Assembly (NCBI GenBank): GCA_977030845.1
Contig: OZ365110.1
Location: forward strand, 55,738,001 to 55,802,000
Length of the DNA stretch: 64,000 bases
Source of the DNA: Fimbriosthenelais zetlandica
Lineage: Eukaryota
Direction of reading: 5' to 3'
Shown here: piece after piece, positions 35,390 to 48,733 of the stretch
Position numbering within the stretch: the stretch's first letter is position 1
Layout: each line of letters begins with the position of its first letter
Translations under genes and position numbers: made by a program
Notes under the pieces: generated by a model
The model's database searches: none
What the model was told of the DNA's origin: nothing
What the model saw: only the letters and a program-made list of their open reading frames with translations

Positions 35390-36140
35390 TACACCTTACC
35401 CCATCTACCGCCTCCCAACCCACACCCAGTCCTAACCACACCTTACCCCATCTACTCCCAACTCCTACCCCACACCCATACCCATCTACCTCCTCCCAAC
35501 CCACACCCATTCCCAACCCACACCCAGTCCTAACCCACACCCAGTCCTAACCCACACCCAGTCCCAACCCACACCCATCCCAACCCACACCCAGTCCTAA
35601 CCCATCTACTCCCTCCCAACCCACACCCAGACCTACCCACACCCAATCCCAACCCACACCCATACCTACACCCATCCCACCCACACCCAGTCCTAACCCA
35701 TCCCTTCCCTTCCCACCTAACCCCATACCAATCCCAACCCAACTCATTCCTTCCCATCCTAACTCTAACCCCAACTGTCCAACCTGTCATCCAACCTAAC
35801 CCAAAGCCCGACCATCACGCCCGCCCAACCCACACCCAACCCATCCCTTCCCACCTAACCCCACACCAATTCCTACCCAACCCATTCGTTTCCATCCTAC
35901 CCCTCCTAACCTAAATCCAGACCCACCCTCCCCCCAACCTAAAAGGTGATCCATCCCACCCAGACCCATCCAACCTAACCCAAAGCCTGACCAACCCACC
36001 CAAACCCATATATCCACCCACCCTAACCAAATCCCACCCAACCCTACCTAAACCAGACCTACCCAATCCTCATCCATCCCATACTAATACAACCCTAGAC
36101 CCACTCCCACCCCAGCCCACCCATGCCCCCACCTCCTATA
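35390..36140. repeat. C/A-rich degenerate minisatellite (17-bp core cccacacccagtcctaa)
   Basis: Near-perfect copies at 35510-35600 and degenerate aaccc/cctaac repeats over about 750 bp; very few G on the plus strand. Confidence 0.85.
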
Positions 36141-39100
36141 CCCCAACCTTAGGCCAAATTAATTTTTGACAAAAATAGCCATATAGTCCTAACATCGCTA
36201 TGAAATCAATTCTGAAACCAACCATGCAGACCATCAGAGTGCGTTATGAATTTTAAAATTTAATAAATTATTTTAATGAAAATTAAATACAAATTCATGA
36301 GAAATGATAGGCAGTGAGTAGGCTGATTGTACAGTCTACAGCAGACTCTATTATCCGGTGTACCTTTCATCTATATAAACCTGAACCGCTTTGTTTGGAC
36401 ACAATGTGCTATTGACCTCACCTCTCACCACCTGACCATCAAAACCAACATATTTAGAGGCGTCAGCAAATCTCTGAGCCATACTGCGAGACCTCCATAC
36501 ACTAAAGTGTCCACCGGTCAGACTCTATTGGTCCATATACACACCCTACCGGACAAAAAACAAATCTATGCCAATATACCCTCGGCCCTGGACCTTCTAA
36601 GGTAGCGGACTATTTGTCAAAGCTGGAATCAGGGGTTCGAGGTTCTGGCACCCCAGGAGTTTCACCTGGGGCTATTGAAGCCAGCAGCTAGGACGCCCCG
36701 GGTGGACGGTGTTCATGGACTTCATCCCAGCGTATAAATGAGATACGTTCCCTCCTCAGTCTTCCCTCTCCCTCCTCGAGCTGGCCCAGCTTTCATTGTA
36801 CTCGCTCCTCTTTCACTCGCCCCTCGGCCCTCCTCCTTCCACTAGCCTCGAGCTAACTTCACCCCGGCTGTAGGTGGCTGGAGGCGGGAGGACTCCCACC
36901 TTCTTGGTCCGCTTCTTCCCCCCTGGCAATGGTAAACAAGTGAAAAGATGAAAGAAGTTTGGCCAGACCTCGCGTACAGAAACTGTCAAACTCGCCAGAT
37001 TAATTGAAAAGTCCATCTGCCTCGAGGTTCCCCAGTTTTTTGTTGTTGTCATTTTGGGAGAGCTGGGATACCCCCAGGCACGGTTTAGCCTTCTGTCCCA
37101 GTTTCACAGACATATATGATTGTGTGCTTTAATTTATAGCAGGAATTCATGTTCATTTTAACAATTATGATGTATTGCTCTTTGGTGGGGAAGCTCGAGC
37201 GAAAAGGATTCCAAATCAACCCGAAATTAGGCTTTTTTTCTTGCTGTGTAAACAATATTATGACAGAAGGAAACTTTTCAAATATAAGAAACATTTCAAA
37301 AATAATTAAAAAATACAAAAACGTAAACTACAATTGCTCACAATAAATATTATGTTACTAGATTATTATGACATTCGAGTTGACATTCTCAAGTACTTGG
37401 TGACATGCACATTAGGCTTCAATAAAAGCAGAAAACAATGCAAGAATATGTTAAGCAATTTCTAGAGTTTCTGGCATACAATTCTGCTCATTTGACAAAA
37501 TCCCCCGAGGGGTTTGTCTCAGGATAAATATGCTCTAAGCCTTTCCAGGCTAAATATTATACGTCACATTATTATGAAACAGTCACCATTTCATAAGCGT
37601 GGCAGAAAAAGACACTTCCACATACATGCATGCATAGCATTACCATCCTCCCCCTATACCCCCTCCCCACCCACTTATACAGAATGCATCCCATGTAACA
37701 CCAATATGTGAACTGTCTCTTTTAAATCCATGCCATCTCTGGTATAATTGATATGGCTAGGGGCAGGTCACCCCTGATAACCCAACCCTTGCCTGTGGTC
37801 ACCCTCACTCACACCCTGGGACACATCTTGGCCTCAGTCCCGCTCCAGGGCCTCACGGAGACCCCCCTATAGTACATAGAGCACCAGCAGCTTCCAGCCT
37901 CCTCCATGCCTGAAGCCATGTCCATGGCCATGCATGCAGGACACCCTTGCTCCCAGAACGCCCACAAAGTGTAGAACGATCAGAAAAAAATGTGGCAGAG
38001 TAAACATGGGAATAAACCACCCTAGGCTAGTCGGCCACCTTGACGCAATGTCATTTAATAGTAAATACGGGGATTTTATTCCTTGAACCCAGCTTCAGTT
38101 CTCCACCCAGTGCTGCTAACTGGAATATCATCAATGGCTATGCAGCAATGTATGTCAGAAGTATTGCGGCATTTAGAGAACAGCAGAAATGTCTGTGCCA
38201 GCAGCTAGTTTCCTTTTCATCTAGAGCTAAAAATGCCCAACTGAACTTTCAACAAATAAGTTTATTCTCCCACTTTGTGTTGTATGGCTCGGATGTGTTG
38301 CACCTTTCAATGGGTTAGATTTCAACATTCGTTAAAATATTCTTTTCAAAATGTCAACCAGGAGCTAAATACATTTTCCAATTGACGTTTGCAATACTTG
38401 TATGCAGTACGTGAACTAGATTCTGCACGATTTTCAATTGGAGATGACATTTCAGTCTAGTGGAGGGAACGGGGAACAGGAAGGACACCTGGTAGCAGAA
38501 TCTCACATCAAATTGCTCCAATGTCAAAGAAAGGACGCGGCCTGGGGCTCTTTTTGTAGCGTTGCAGACAAGAGGAAAAATGACCAACTTGGATCTAGAA
38601 ATACTATGAGGGATTAAGCTCACATATGAATACATGGCCCTTGTTCAGCAAATTCTTTAAGCCAAATAACGCCGATGGCGAAGCAATATTAAATTTACAT
38701 GACTTTTGTCCAAGTCAATTCTGGAAGAATAGGACATCGTTTCCTATACCGCAATCTACTAACGGGCATTTAAAGAAATGTTTCAATGAAAATGTACTTA
38801 CTATTCAGTATATAGATTAGGCCTTGGATATAGAAAAAGAAATCATAGGCTTAATCTATATAGGAATAATCCGTAGATTTTCATGGAAAAGTTTCTTAAC
38901 CTAAAAAAGCATCTTTAATAACAACATCGTGTCTTTGAAGAAGCTTGAAGACATACAGTAGTTATTATTAATGTCTATAATGTCGTAGATGTATTTTCAA
39001 TAAGCATGTGACATCACGAAGAGAAAAGTTGGATTTTTCTCAGCGTCAATGAAGTTCAGATTTCATCCATGACTCAGCCTAAATCCGTGCTAATCATCCC

Positions 39101-39927
39101 ATCTATATCAACCTGGGCGTGATGCACGTAACATCTCCCGTGTTTTCATTCCTATCAGAAAGTAAACATTATTACTAAACGGAAATCCTGGGCATTAGTA
39201 GTACTGGCGGGGAATAGTGGATATGGCGGCCGTCCGTGAGTGGGGAACGAGCCATGCCTGACACTGACACACGTGCCCAGTCTTTTACTATTGTTTAGGA
39301 TCTTCATAGCGGTCCTGGCCATTTTCCTTCACTTCCCATCCCTGAAATGGGAATAAATGGTTGGAAAACATACAATCAAGACAGGCATGTGGATCATTAG
39401 GCTAAATGCTACCCTTTAAAGCCTTTTTTGTCGTGAGAAAATCTTGATCCATGGACTTAATTGTCCATACGGCTACGTGTGTCTTAAGTTTGGATTATTT
39501 TATTTTGCTAGGGGGGGGAGTGGGGGGGGGGGGTGGGGGAGTGGGGACTTTGCCTATATTTAAAGCATGTAATATCTCGCGATTGACATAATTATTTATT
39601 GTCGAACGAATCTGTGCACTGCAAGTCAGTCAAGAAAAGTCTCAATACAACCTCTTTTATAAGGCCTAACTAAATTGGAGTCAGTTTCATAAAAGCTACT
39701 CAATATCACCTGCGTCAAATAACAACGCTATTTCTTTCTGTTTTAAAATGGCGCCTGAAACTTGCTTCTATATTAACAGCCAAGTCCAGAGTGAGATTCA
39801 CTACTGAGTAGTCCTTCCTCCTGGGACCCGGGCGGCCATCACTTCCCTTTAGTTAGCCTTGTCACCTCCAATCTGAGACACGGCAGACGCCGGCAAGATC
39901 AAGTCTGCCACGCTAAAAGCAAATGGG

Positions 39928-40137
39928 CGTCACTTGGCGTCACTAGGGAGTTAAGGGAGCAATCCTTGACGGGCGATTCACAGCCCGGTTGTCATTGACG
40001 ATGACCTCACAGCGTTTGATGTTAGCAACACATTTAGGAATTTAGTTTCGCATGTGGCCGAGTTTGCTCCTACCGTAATTAGTGACGTCCGCCACGCAGA
40101 CGTCACCGTCTAATGACGTCAGTGTTTCATGACGTCG
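39928..40137. promoter_or_regulatory. CRE (TGACGTCA) motif cluster
   Basis: Full CRE 40114-40121, 7/8 matches at 40083, 40098 and 40130, half sites at 39928, 39938, 39967, 39996. Confidence 0.4.
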
Positions 40138-43049
40138 GGAGCGTCTCCGGCAGAGCGGACTGAATCGTTATAGACGATTTTGTGCTCAATTTGATATAAA
40201 TGGCATGGCATGCATGTAGTGACAAAGAACTGATGGCTGGCTCCCCAGAGACGAGAGGATCCTCGCACGAAAAGACGCCAATTGTTCTCAAGATAAATAT
40301 TATTTTTATCGCATCAAATTCAAGATAAAATGACACACTGTATTGGTGGGCATATACGTACCCAAGGGCAATATAGTATTCTCTCTCTGAGTAGTGGTTG
40401 TGGCATACTTATTTTAATCCACACAAGAAAAAAGAATTTAATACCCGATTGTAGCCGATGACACGGTCCTATATTCACAAACAAAGTGGGGACCCTTAGC
40501 TGCCATTTTGTTGTATTATGTTCATTTTTTGTGATGACACAAGGTTGAAAATCATGCAACTCCCTCCCCTTTTGCTTTAATCCGCCCTGATTCATAAGAT
40601 AAATCCTGAGATCTTGCCGTTTCAAAAACGCAGGCCTTTCTATGAACTGCTCCCCAGAATGTGACCGTATCTAGCCTCTCTCTCCATCGTCACAGCTTCA
40701 TTCCAATAGATTTAATTCCCGTCACTGTAACTGGCATTGACTGTCACCGTGTCAAGGCCTGATTGGACGTGACACGTGAACTGAAGGGTCATCCTGGAAA
40801 CAAAGGGTCCTCTCACCGCGGCTTTGATCACTCACAGTTCAGACGCTTCAAAAGTTTGTCACACGCTTCAAAAGTTAGACCAGTTAACCTTTCACAAACC
40901 ATGGCTTATTCAACAGTCACACTGGGAAAATTGAGTATATTTTGAAAACCTTATTCAACATTTTTTGGGGGGAAATCCTTAAGTTCCATAATTAAAATAG
41001 GACAACATTTTGGTTGCAAAACAATGGACAAAGCCTTAGAACTTCATATTAAGTAACACAATTGCTGAGCCAAGTTCCCCGTCCACAATGTTGAAACCAA
41101 TATGGTCCATTCCCCATATGGTCTGATTGGCAAATTTGAAAAAAAAACCATAATTTATATTACATGAATATGTTTTAAACCCTCAAGTTTCATCTTCAAA
41201 ATACAAAATTGGCTTACAATGCAATGGACAAAGCCATATAAATCTCAACTAGCATTCAATTCATTCTAGCGGTAAGATGTTAGGCCTACAACCACTCCGC
41301 CAAATAAAATAGTTCCCTATTTAGGAAAGCCTGACACAAAGCAGCATTGTCGGGGTGGTTTCTATATAAGGAACCTTGGTGAAATGTTTTAAGAGGAACG
41401 CTTGATTAGTACATTTCAATGAAGCCAGCCTCCTATTACATAGACGAGCAAGAGTTCCTAAATATGCACTACCGTAATGGGCGACTGAACTAATGTCTGC
41501 AGCCCAAGGCAAAAATGACATCATAGATAGTCGTCCGAGCCTTCCCTCCCTCCTAAATACCCCTCTCAGTAACCGACACTGAATGAAAACCCAACCCAAG
41601 CACAAAATGCTTTTAGTCATCCCCACTGCTTCTCTCTACAATTTCACAGTTACTTTTGTACTTTCAATGTAAAGGGACAGCGTCTTGTATGTGTGTCATG
41701 GGATGGAATTCTCAAGGGCAAATGAGTGACCTTCAACTCAATATGAACATGAAAGTATTTTTTGACTCTGCATCTCGTTTTGGATGTAGATGTATATAGG
41801 GAAGTGTTCTTCTACCTTCGGGGGATGGAAATACCATGAATATACTCAAACATGGGTCCAAAAACTCGTCATTTACTCGTGAAATGTCCATAGCACGAGT
41901 GTCTATACTGTCTATGGCCGCCAGGCAGGGATAGGGCCTATATGTGGATGGTGGGTCCACAACATTATCACTTGTTATGTTATGTAAAGTTCATTATTAT
42001 CCAACTTATATGTGGAACATTGACTTGAGTGATTTGCCCACTCAAAACATTGTTATTAATTACAGAGGAGAAATTATCATTTTTCAGATATAAGACCTAC
42101 TTATGCAATGGGAATTGACGAACGTTTGTAAAATAAATCATAACTTTTTACATTTACCATCCAACTTGTTTAAAAAAAAAAATAGGATGTAACCTTAAAT
42201 TAGTTTATCAGGGACAGGGTCCAGAGTGGGTGGCTCTCCTGGTATAGTATTGTAGAGTAAGGGTGGGGGTGAAGGGGGGTGGGGTGGGGGTGAAGGGGGG
42301 TGGGGTGGGGATGGAGGCCAATAGAACTCGTACCTGACCCCAGGCAGTACTTTGCCTGTTTTAGTTGCCAGCCTCGCCCTCTAGTCCGCCTAATTCCATT
42401 GCTCCTGGCCATGGATTACCTCTGTGGTAGCGGGCCCCTTCTCTCCCAGGGTCTCTCTCTCCTCTCCTCTCCCCTCCCCTATCCCTGCCCAGCCCGGGCC
42501 ACCCCGAGCTCTCCCCTCCCTCAGTATTCAATCACTGGTGGATCCAGAGAAATTGGTTGTCGGTGGGGGTTTGGTTTTATCAAAATATAATTTCTGCCAA
42601 AAGCTAAACAAGACTAGTTTGACCCGTTCGTAGATTATTTTTTATCTGTCAAATTGTAATATTTTTAAGGTTGGATACGTTTCACAGATCTTAAACCGAC
42701 TGACCGTCCTCCGCCCCTTCCAAAATTTTGACCCCCCGTCCATACGTTTGATTTGCCTCCCTCATCCCTACAAATCCTGGTTGAGGTGACGTTATGCCAT
42801 CTCAGAGGTTACGCCTGTGAATTAATCCGCTCTAATTCTATATGATGGAAATCACCAGACACACAAACACTCCCCCACTAATGTTCTACAGTGCACAGAG
42901 TTCCCCGACAAATTAACCATGCCCTCCCCCACCCCCACCACCCCCCGACCCCCACCACCCAGTGATGGGTGTATGGAGGAGATGGGCGGATTAGGGGTTA
43001 ATCCGAGGCTGATCCAGGCACATGATCATACCAGCTGAACACTCACTCA

Positions 43050-43109
43050 AGGCCCGTTTCAAAACAAAGTTACGCTGTATTACGCGGAAGTTTCTTTTGA
43101 AACGGGCCT
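43050..43109. mobile_element. 60-bp MITE, Harbinger-like
   Basis: Perfect 15-bp TIR AGGCCCGTTTCAAAA / TTTTGAAACGGGCCT. Confidence 0.8.
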
Positions 43110-43223
43110 CTATATTACGAGCCGTTATAAGAGCAACTCAACACCGAGATCAACATGAGCATCTGGGTGTTATTCAGGGGGTTGTTGCATAAGAAAGTTG
43201 TGCTATAAACATGAGCAATATAG

Positions 43224-43440
43224 GCTGGCCTTTCACAAGCCTCTCACCATAGACAGACGTATACAAGGCTAGCCTTTTACATGCCTCTCACCATAGACAG
43301 TTGGATACAAGGCTGGCCTTTTACAAGCCTCTCACCATAGACAGATGGATACAAGGCTGGCCTTTTACAAGCCTCTCACCATAGACAGCGCATTGGAGAC
43401 ATCTGACTCCATGGTCTTTGATATGCCAGTTAGCAGCACT
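43224..43440 (-). mobile_element. Nin-type SINE fragment with the 44-bp unit expanded 4 times
   Basis: ggctggccttttacaagcctctcaccatagacag..ggatacaa x4, then gtctttgatatgccagttagcagcact (same SINE flank as at 17.87 kb). Confidence 0.85.
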
Positions 43441-43924
43441 AGGAGCTTCCATGGGAGGCAGTCCAGTTACTGCCCTTACAACTCAATATTTTCAGTGGTC
43501 ATCGTCTTGAACATGACAGTCAATAGATGCCCAGCACCAGTCAATAGATGCCCAGTACCAGTCAATAGGTGAGAAAGGTGAAGACGGTGGCTAGACACAT
43601 CAAAGATGGCCGCCTCTCCAGCAGGTCAGAATCAAGTGAATACACCCCCCCCCCCCCCCCCCCCACACACCCTTCAATCTCCTCCCTCCTGCCCACAACT
43701 CCAGCTACCCTTCTAATGAACCTGGCTACCTCCCTTTACCCTTCACATCGCCTCTGGCCATTTTTTCTTGCCCATGCAGCTTTTGATTTCCACGTCAATC
43801 TCTCCCTGTGTCCGGGATAATACAGCAATTATTCTAATGGCTTCAGCGTTTGGGCTTTAATTTACTGACCACAATAGTATTATGATGGCCAGTTGGCATC
43901 CGAAAACAGCCCACATCTGAGGGA

Positions 43925-44225
43925 TTTTATTCCTCCTTTCTTCCCCTCCATCTCTCTCCCCTTCCTCCCCTTTCTGTCACCCTCCCTCCCTCTCTTCCCC
44001 ACCTCTCTCATTCTCGCTCCCCTTTCTCCCTCCATACCCTTCCTCCTTCCCTTCCCCTCTCTCTCCACAATCTTCCCTCACTTTCTCTCCGTCAATCCCT
44101 CTCTCTCCCCAACGCCTCCCTCTCTCCCCTTCCTCCTTCCCTCCCTCTCTCTCCACCATCTTCCCTCTCTCCCCACGCCTCTCTCTCCTCTCTCCCCACT
44201 TTCTCCCACCTCTCCCTCTTCCAGA
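43925..44225. repeat. Polypyrimidine (CT/CCT) tract
   Basis: About 300 bp of mostly C/T; source of spurious ORFs on both strands. Confidence 0.9.
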
Positions 44226-46119
44226 CTTCCTCAGTAAAGAACATTTCATTAAGATGCAGCGATAAGCAGGTTTAAGCCGGGCATACATCTTCTAAACACA
44301 TTACAATGGACTTTTTAACTACTTTTTCTTCTCCTCGGTATACTGTCTGATGAGATTGCTTCCCGCATGCATGGCTTCCTTCAAATAAACCCCAGCAAAC
44401 CATTATCATTCCCACCTCCTTTAATTCTCTCTCCCAAATGCAATAGATCAAGCAAAACAAGTTTTCCTCCTCCCTCTAGATTCCTATTAAGCCTGACACT
44501 TGCTTCTCGACGTGTGGGAAATGTCTCGCACTAATTGCTTGGATGAACGAACTGAACGTGTGAATTCTCCCATTAGAAGCCGCCGCGTCTTTTTTCCCTA
44601 TCTAATTAAAGGTTATCTGAAAAAAGGAATTAAGCTAAGGCAGCGGAGGGGAATTCAAGGATGAATGAATAGTAAGCTCACTCGGTTGGATCCAAACAAG
44701 ACGAGTAGAGGCGTCAGAGCCTCCAGCCTGGACGGCGTCTTTAGCAGCGAGCGTCCAATTGACTTTGATATCAAATCGTTGTTAATTCAATTTTATTTTA
44801 ATAAAAGCGCTCTGACTTAGTTGTGGTGGTGGGGTAGATTGCTCGGCGGTGCGTGGGGCTGTGTGGGGGTGTGTGTGTGTGTGTGTGTGGGGGGGGGGGG
44901 GGGGTTGAATCGGGGGGGGGGGGGGATCCTTGCTGATGGTATTTTTTTGTTCAGTAGTGGTCTGCCGCGCGCTTTTGCTTGGTTTGACATCAAACGGGAG
45001 TTTGAGTTTGAAGGAGGTGTTCTTGGTGACAAGTCGCCCGTGTGAGGGCCCCTCAGATTGTCGTTCACCATAGTGAACTATAGTTAACACTATAGTGAAC
45101 ACAGACAATAAACACTTGGACAGCCACCTCTTCTTTGACCAACTGCTGTCGCCTGACCATCACAATAGTGAACGACACTATACAGTACAATGTCCGAGTG
45201 TCCAGCAGCTCTCCACTGTACCTAATATATACACAGATTCATCTACTCCCCCACACCCCATTCACACCTTCAAACGACCAAACAAACGATGTTTTTTTGA
45301 CCAAAAGAAGGTGAGAAATGGCTCGAGCATATTGTCCCGTAATGAAATCCCAGATGTCTTTAGTAAACACCTTTAGATTGAATGGACATTAGGCCGTCTT
45401 CAGGTCCGCTTTGATTGAGCCGAAATATGCTACTTAGTCCTCGTGCCTGGCTGGACTGTGAGGGAATGGGTTCACTTTATATTCACTCCTACTGATTTTA
45501 TACTCTCATCTTAAAACCATTATAATTTGGTTCAACTTTAAGAGATGTAAATTATCAGGTTTAAAATGGAAAATTAATAATATTGCATTTCATGCCTTGC
45601 AATCCCCACTCGTGAACCCCCCCCCCCCCCCCCCCCCCCCACCCCTCATCAAGTCAAAATAGCCAAAAAGAAATTTGCATTGGACAAACTTCTGCGGTTA
45701 CTCAGCTGTTTGGATTGGATCTCACCACAAATGTGATTTCCCATCGGTAAGAATCATGACAAGAATGATGGCGATGGTGAGAAAAACAACTAGATGTACA
45801 TGTAAAGGTAGTGCTCCACTGCTGCGATTTACTTGCGACACTTCTACGACAGACGTTATGCTTGTATCGTAATGAATTAATGAACAGCAGTGGATCACGG
45901 TCATAAGGTCTTGGTCGCTTCAACCACAGTTTATAAATGTTATTGCGACATCACCGTTGTCCCATGCAGCAATGTCGCGAGTAGAATCGCAGCAGTGGAG
46001 CACGGCCTTCTTGGCCATGAGTCCATAATAAAGCCTTGTCAAGGAGGAGGGGCAGTGCTGTCCATGCCACGACTTGAACTCTGTCCAGATCCAAATCTGA
46101 CCTGCCACCCGATCCTTCA

Positions 46120-46206
46120 GGGCCTGTTTCATAACCAATGCGCGCACTATCAGCCAATGGTTATTCCGTGGGATAATGCGCGTATCTTACTTTATGAAAC
46201 GCGCCC
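46120..46206. mobile_element. 87-bp MITE, Harbinger-like
   Basis: GGGCCTGTTTCATAA ... TTATGAAACGCGCCC (15-bp TIR, 2 mismatches). Confidence 0.75.
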
Positions 46207-48373
46207 CCGCTGCTGACCCCCTCATCCTGTTTGCTCACAGACGAGTCAGATTGTGGCTGACCATAATCCCTCACCGGCATTCATAACGTTTTCTATATGT
46301 GATTACAAAGATTCACAAATTGCATTGAGAAATTCTGACATGAAAACGATTTGGCATTAGTGGGTGGTGGGGTAGGGGCAGAGGGTGGAGACTGGCCAAG
46401 GCTGACCACAGAGTGCTCTGTTTTATCCCATTACTTGACCACGACAAGCTCGATCTCTCTGACTCTGTCCTCAGTAGTCATTCTATGAGCAGTAACCTCG
46501 GCTGAGGTTATAGGAGGGCCGAGGTTGAGGGCCGAGGCCTTTTGGTGGAGGTAGGCCTACATGCGCCTGGCCTTAACCACCAGAGATGTCAAAGTTCAAA
46601 GAGCAAATCATATCAGAGCACTCGGCCGGATAATAAAATAATACATTTATCTCAAATTGATGCCATTTCAGAAATGGTATTCTCAAGATCTGTTCTTATC
46701 TTCCCGGTCCTGCCAGACTGGAGACTCAGATCAGAGCTACTGTTTGCCTGATGCAAGGGGGGGGGGGGGCGTTACATAAAAAATATCTTACTTTTGGTTT
46801 TACAGATCATTGGGATCCAGATCTTTGTCTCCTACAAAATGCGTTTCATAAGAAAAATAATTTTTCTGTCCCTGTTTTAAGATTTGGAACTTATTAGGTT
46901 TTGTCTCCAACAGGGGTTCAACTTTTGGAAAGGCAATTGGCTTCAAAAAACACACCCCGACTGCAATAATTAAGGAATATTTCCATTTTAGGTTACACTT
47001 TTTATGAAGCCATCCCTGAACCTACAAAGTAAACATGATTTCCATTTCTTGCTCCCGATTTTCTTATGGGAAAATTCCTAGGCCTAATGAAGACAATCTC
47101 TTTTGCCAAAAAATGACTCAAATAAAAAAAAGACTTCTTTGAGCGCATTATTTAGGCCTAAGGAATTCACTCATATTTGTGAAACATTTCATCTGCCAAG
47201 TTCCCTCATTTCAATAGTAATACACAAATTAATTCGGATAAAAATTGCATCAATTTGATTTTGAAATGATATGATAAACAGACAAACCTGACAACATTAA
47301 ATCCTTTGACGATCAACAACCCTCGTCCCGGGAATTAATATTCAACTGCATCTCTTTTTTTACACATCTGCGCCACTTTTGAAGAGCTTGGGTAAATTTG
47401 ATTTCTCGGCCATCGAGATGAGTGGAGAGGCCTGGCTTTGTTGACATGTCAGACAATCAAACAAGCATCTACATGGATGTGTTTAATGGGCAATTGAAAG
47501 CACCCAGTCATTCAGAGATGTCGAGGATTGGGGTCTTGTTTGTACGATCTGCCGGAGCCCTGGCCAGCCCCATCATCATCTCTCAGTCTCTCACAGCAAA
47601 AGCTGTTCATCTGAAAGGAAAAGTTAACATGAATTGTGGTCAAATGACTACACGTCAGTACAGTGTTATGTAAATATGTAGAGCCTAGAGACTTTCATTT
47701 CATTCCTGGAAAAATAGCGACACATTAGCCCCTTAAAACAATAGATTATATCTTCATGAAAGTACCAGTTCATCCTGAATTTAACCAGTGTGTATGAAAT
47801 GGATCTCAAAAGGAAAATTAGCAAAATTTTTGTTTTGAAATGGGCTCCAGATTTCAGTTACCGTACATTTGAAACTTACCATACAAAAGTATCTTTTATT
47901 TAATTGTAATTTTCTCTTTAAAATCCAAATGAAAATACATTGTGGGAGGTGCGTGGGGTGACGAAACCATAAAAAAACTATTTGATCGACAACAATCCAC
48001 ATACATCCAGTATCCTGTCTTTTGTTTAATTGTCCTTCAAAGCAAAACCAGAATAGGTGGCAGCACCTGCCGGTACTGGGTAGTCCCCTCCACTCCCATC
48101 CCCATCACAGACATACAAACTCATTCAAACAATCACAATTAATGGAACAAATAGATCAAAATGGGAAGCATTAATGTGGCTTAAGAGATTATGTAAAGGA
48201 AAGAGGCTTCAAAGTCTTTCTCCCAATCTTAGAACCCGTTTCTTAGATGAATCAAACATGGGACTGTATCATTCCAAAAACCGCACGATTTTCAGTCGGG
48301 GAAACCATTCATTTTAGGGAGTCATTTGGTAAATTGGAAACATTCAAATACTATTGGGAAGAAAGTTTGGAAG
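46129..48373. repeat. Tandem segmental duplication, copy 1 (about 2.2 kb)
   Basis: Colinear with 48734-50956; offset 2583 in the right part, where the ORF-track peptides are nearly identical (47422/50005, 47781/50364, 47942/50525). Confidence 0.97.
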
Positions 48374-48441
48374 GCACACGGCTAAGACCTCTTAAAGACT
48401 TCCCAGCTTTTTCGATAGTCAAACATTTAGCCTGCTATTTA

Positions 48442-48632
48442 GTGAGTGATTGAGTGAGTGAAAATTTTTGTTTAACCTCCAGTCAGCAATTTTTGAGCAG
48501 GACAGAAGGAAACTCGCTGTCGGCACGCAATTGGCAGTGCTACTTGCATGGCAGCAATGGTTTTTTCACATGCACAGGCAGTAGAAGACATGGCTGGTCT
48601 CTAATTTATCCCAGTTAGCAGCATTGTTTTAG
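48442..48632 (-). mobile_element. Nin-type SINE remnant with (TCAC)n tail
   Basis: Minus strand tgctgctaactgggata..gaccagccatgtc..gcatgtgaaaaaaccattgctgcc..gccgacagcgagtttcc..ggttaaacaa..tcactcactcaatcactcac. Confidence 0.75.
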
Positions 48633-48733
48633 CAGCAATGGGTGGAGAAGTTATATTGGACAATTTAGAGAAACTATGCAATGATTAGTAACAGTTGCAT
48701 AACTATTAACTGCACCATAACCCCAATAAAACA

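Noticed and set aside
35530-36041. Gly/Trp-rich ORFs
   Set aside because: Translations of the G-rich minisatellite.
26714-44520. Su(H) sites at 26714 (ttcccacg) and 44513 (tgtgggaa)
   Set aside because: Isolated single 8-mers, not paired; expected by chance in 64 kb.
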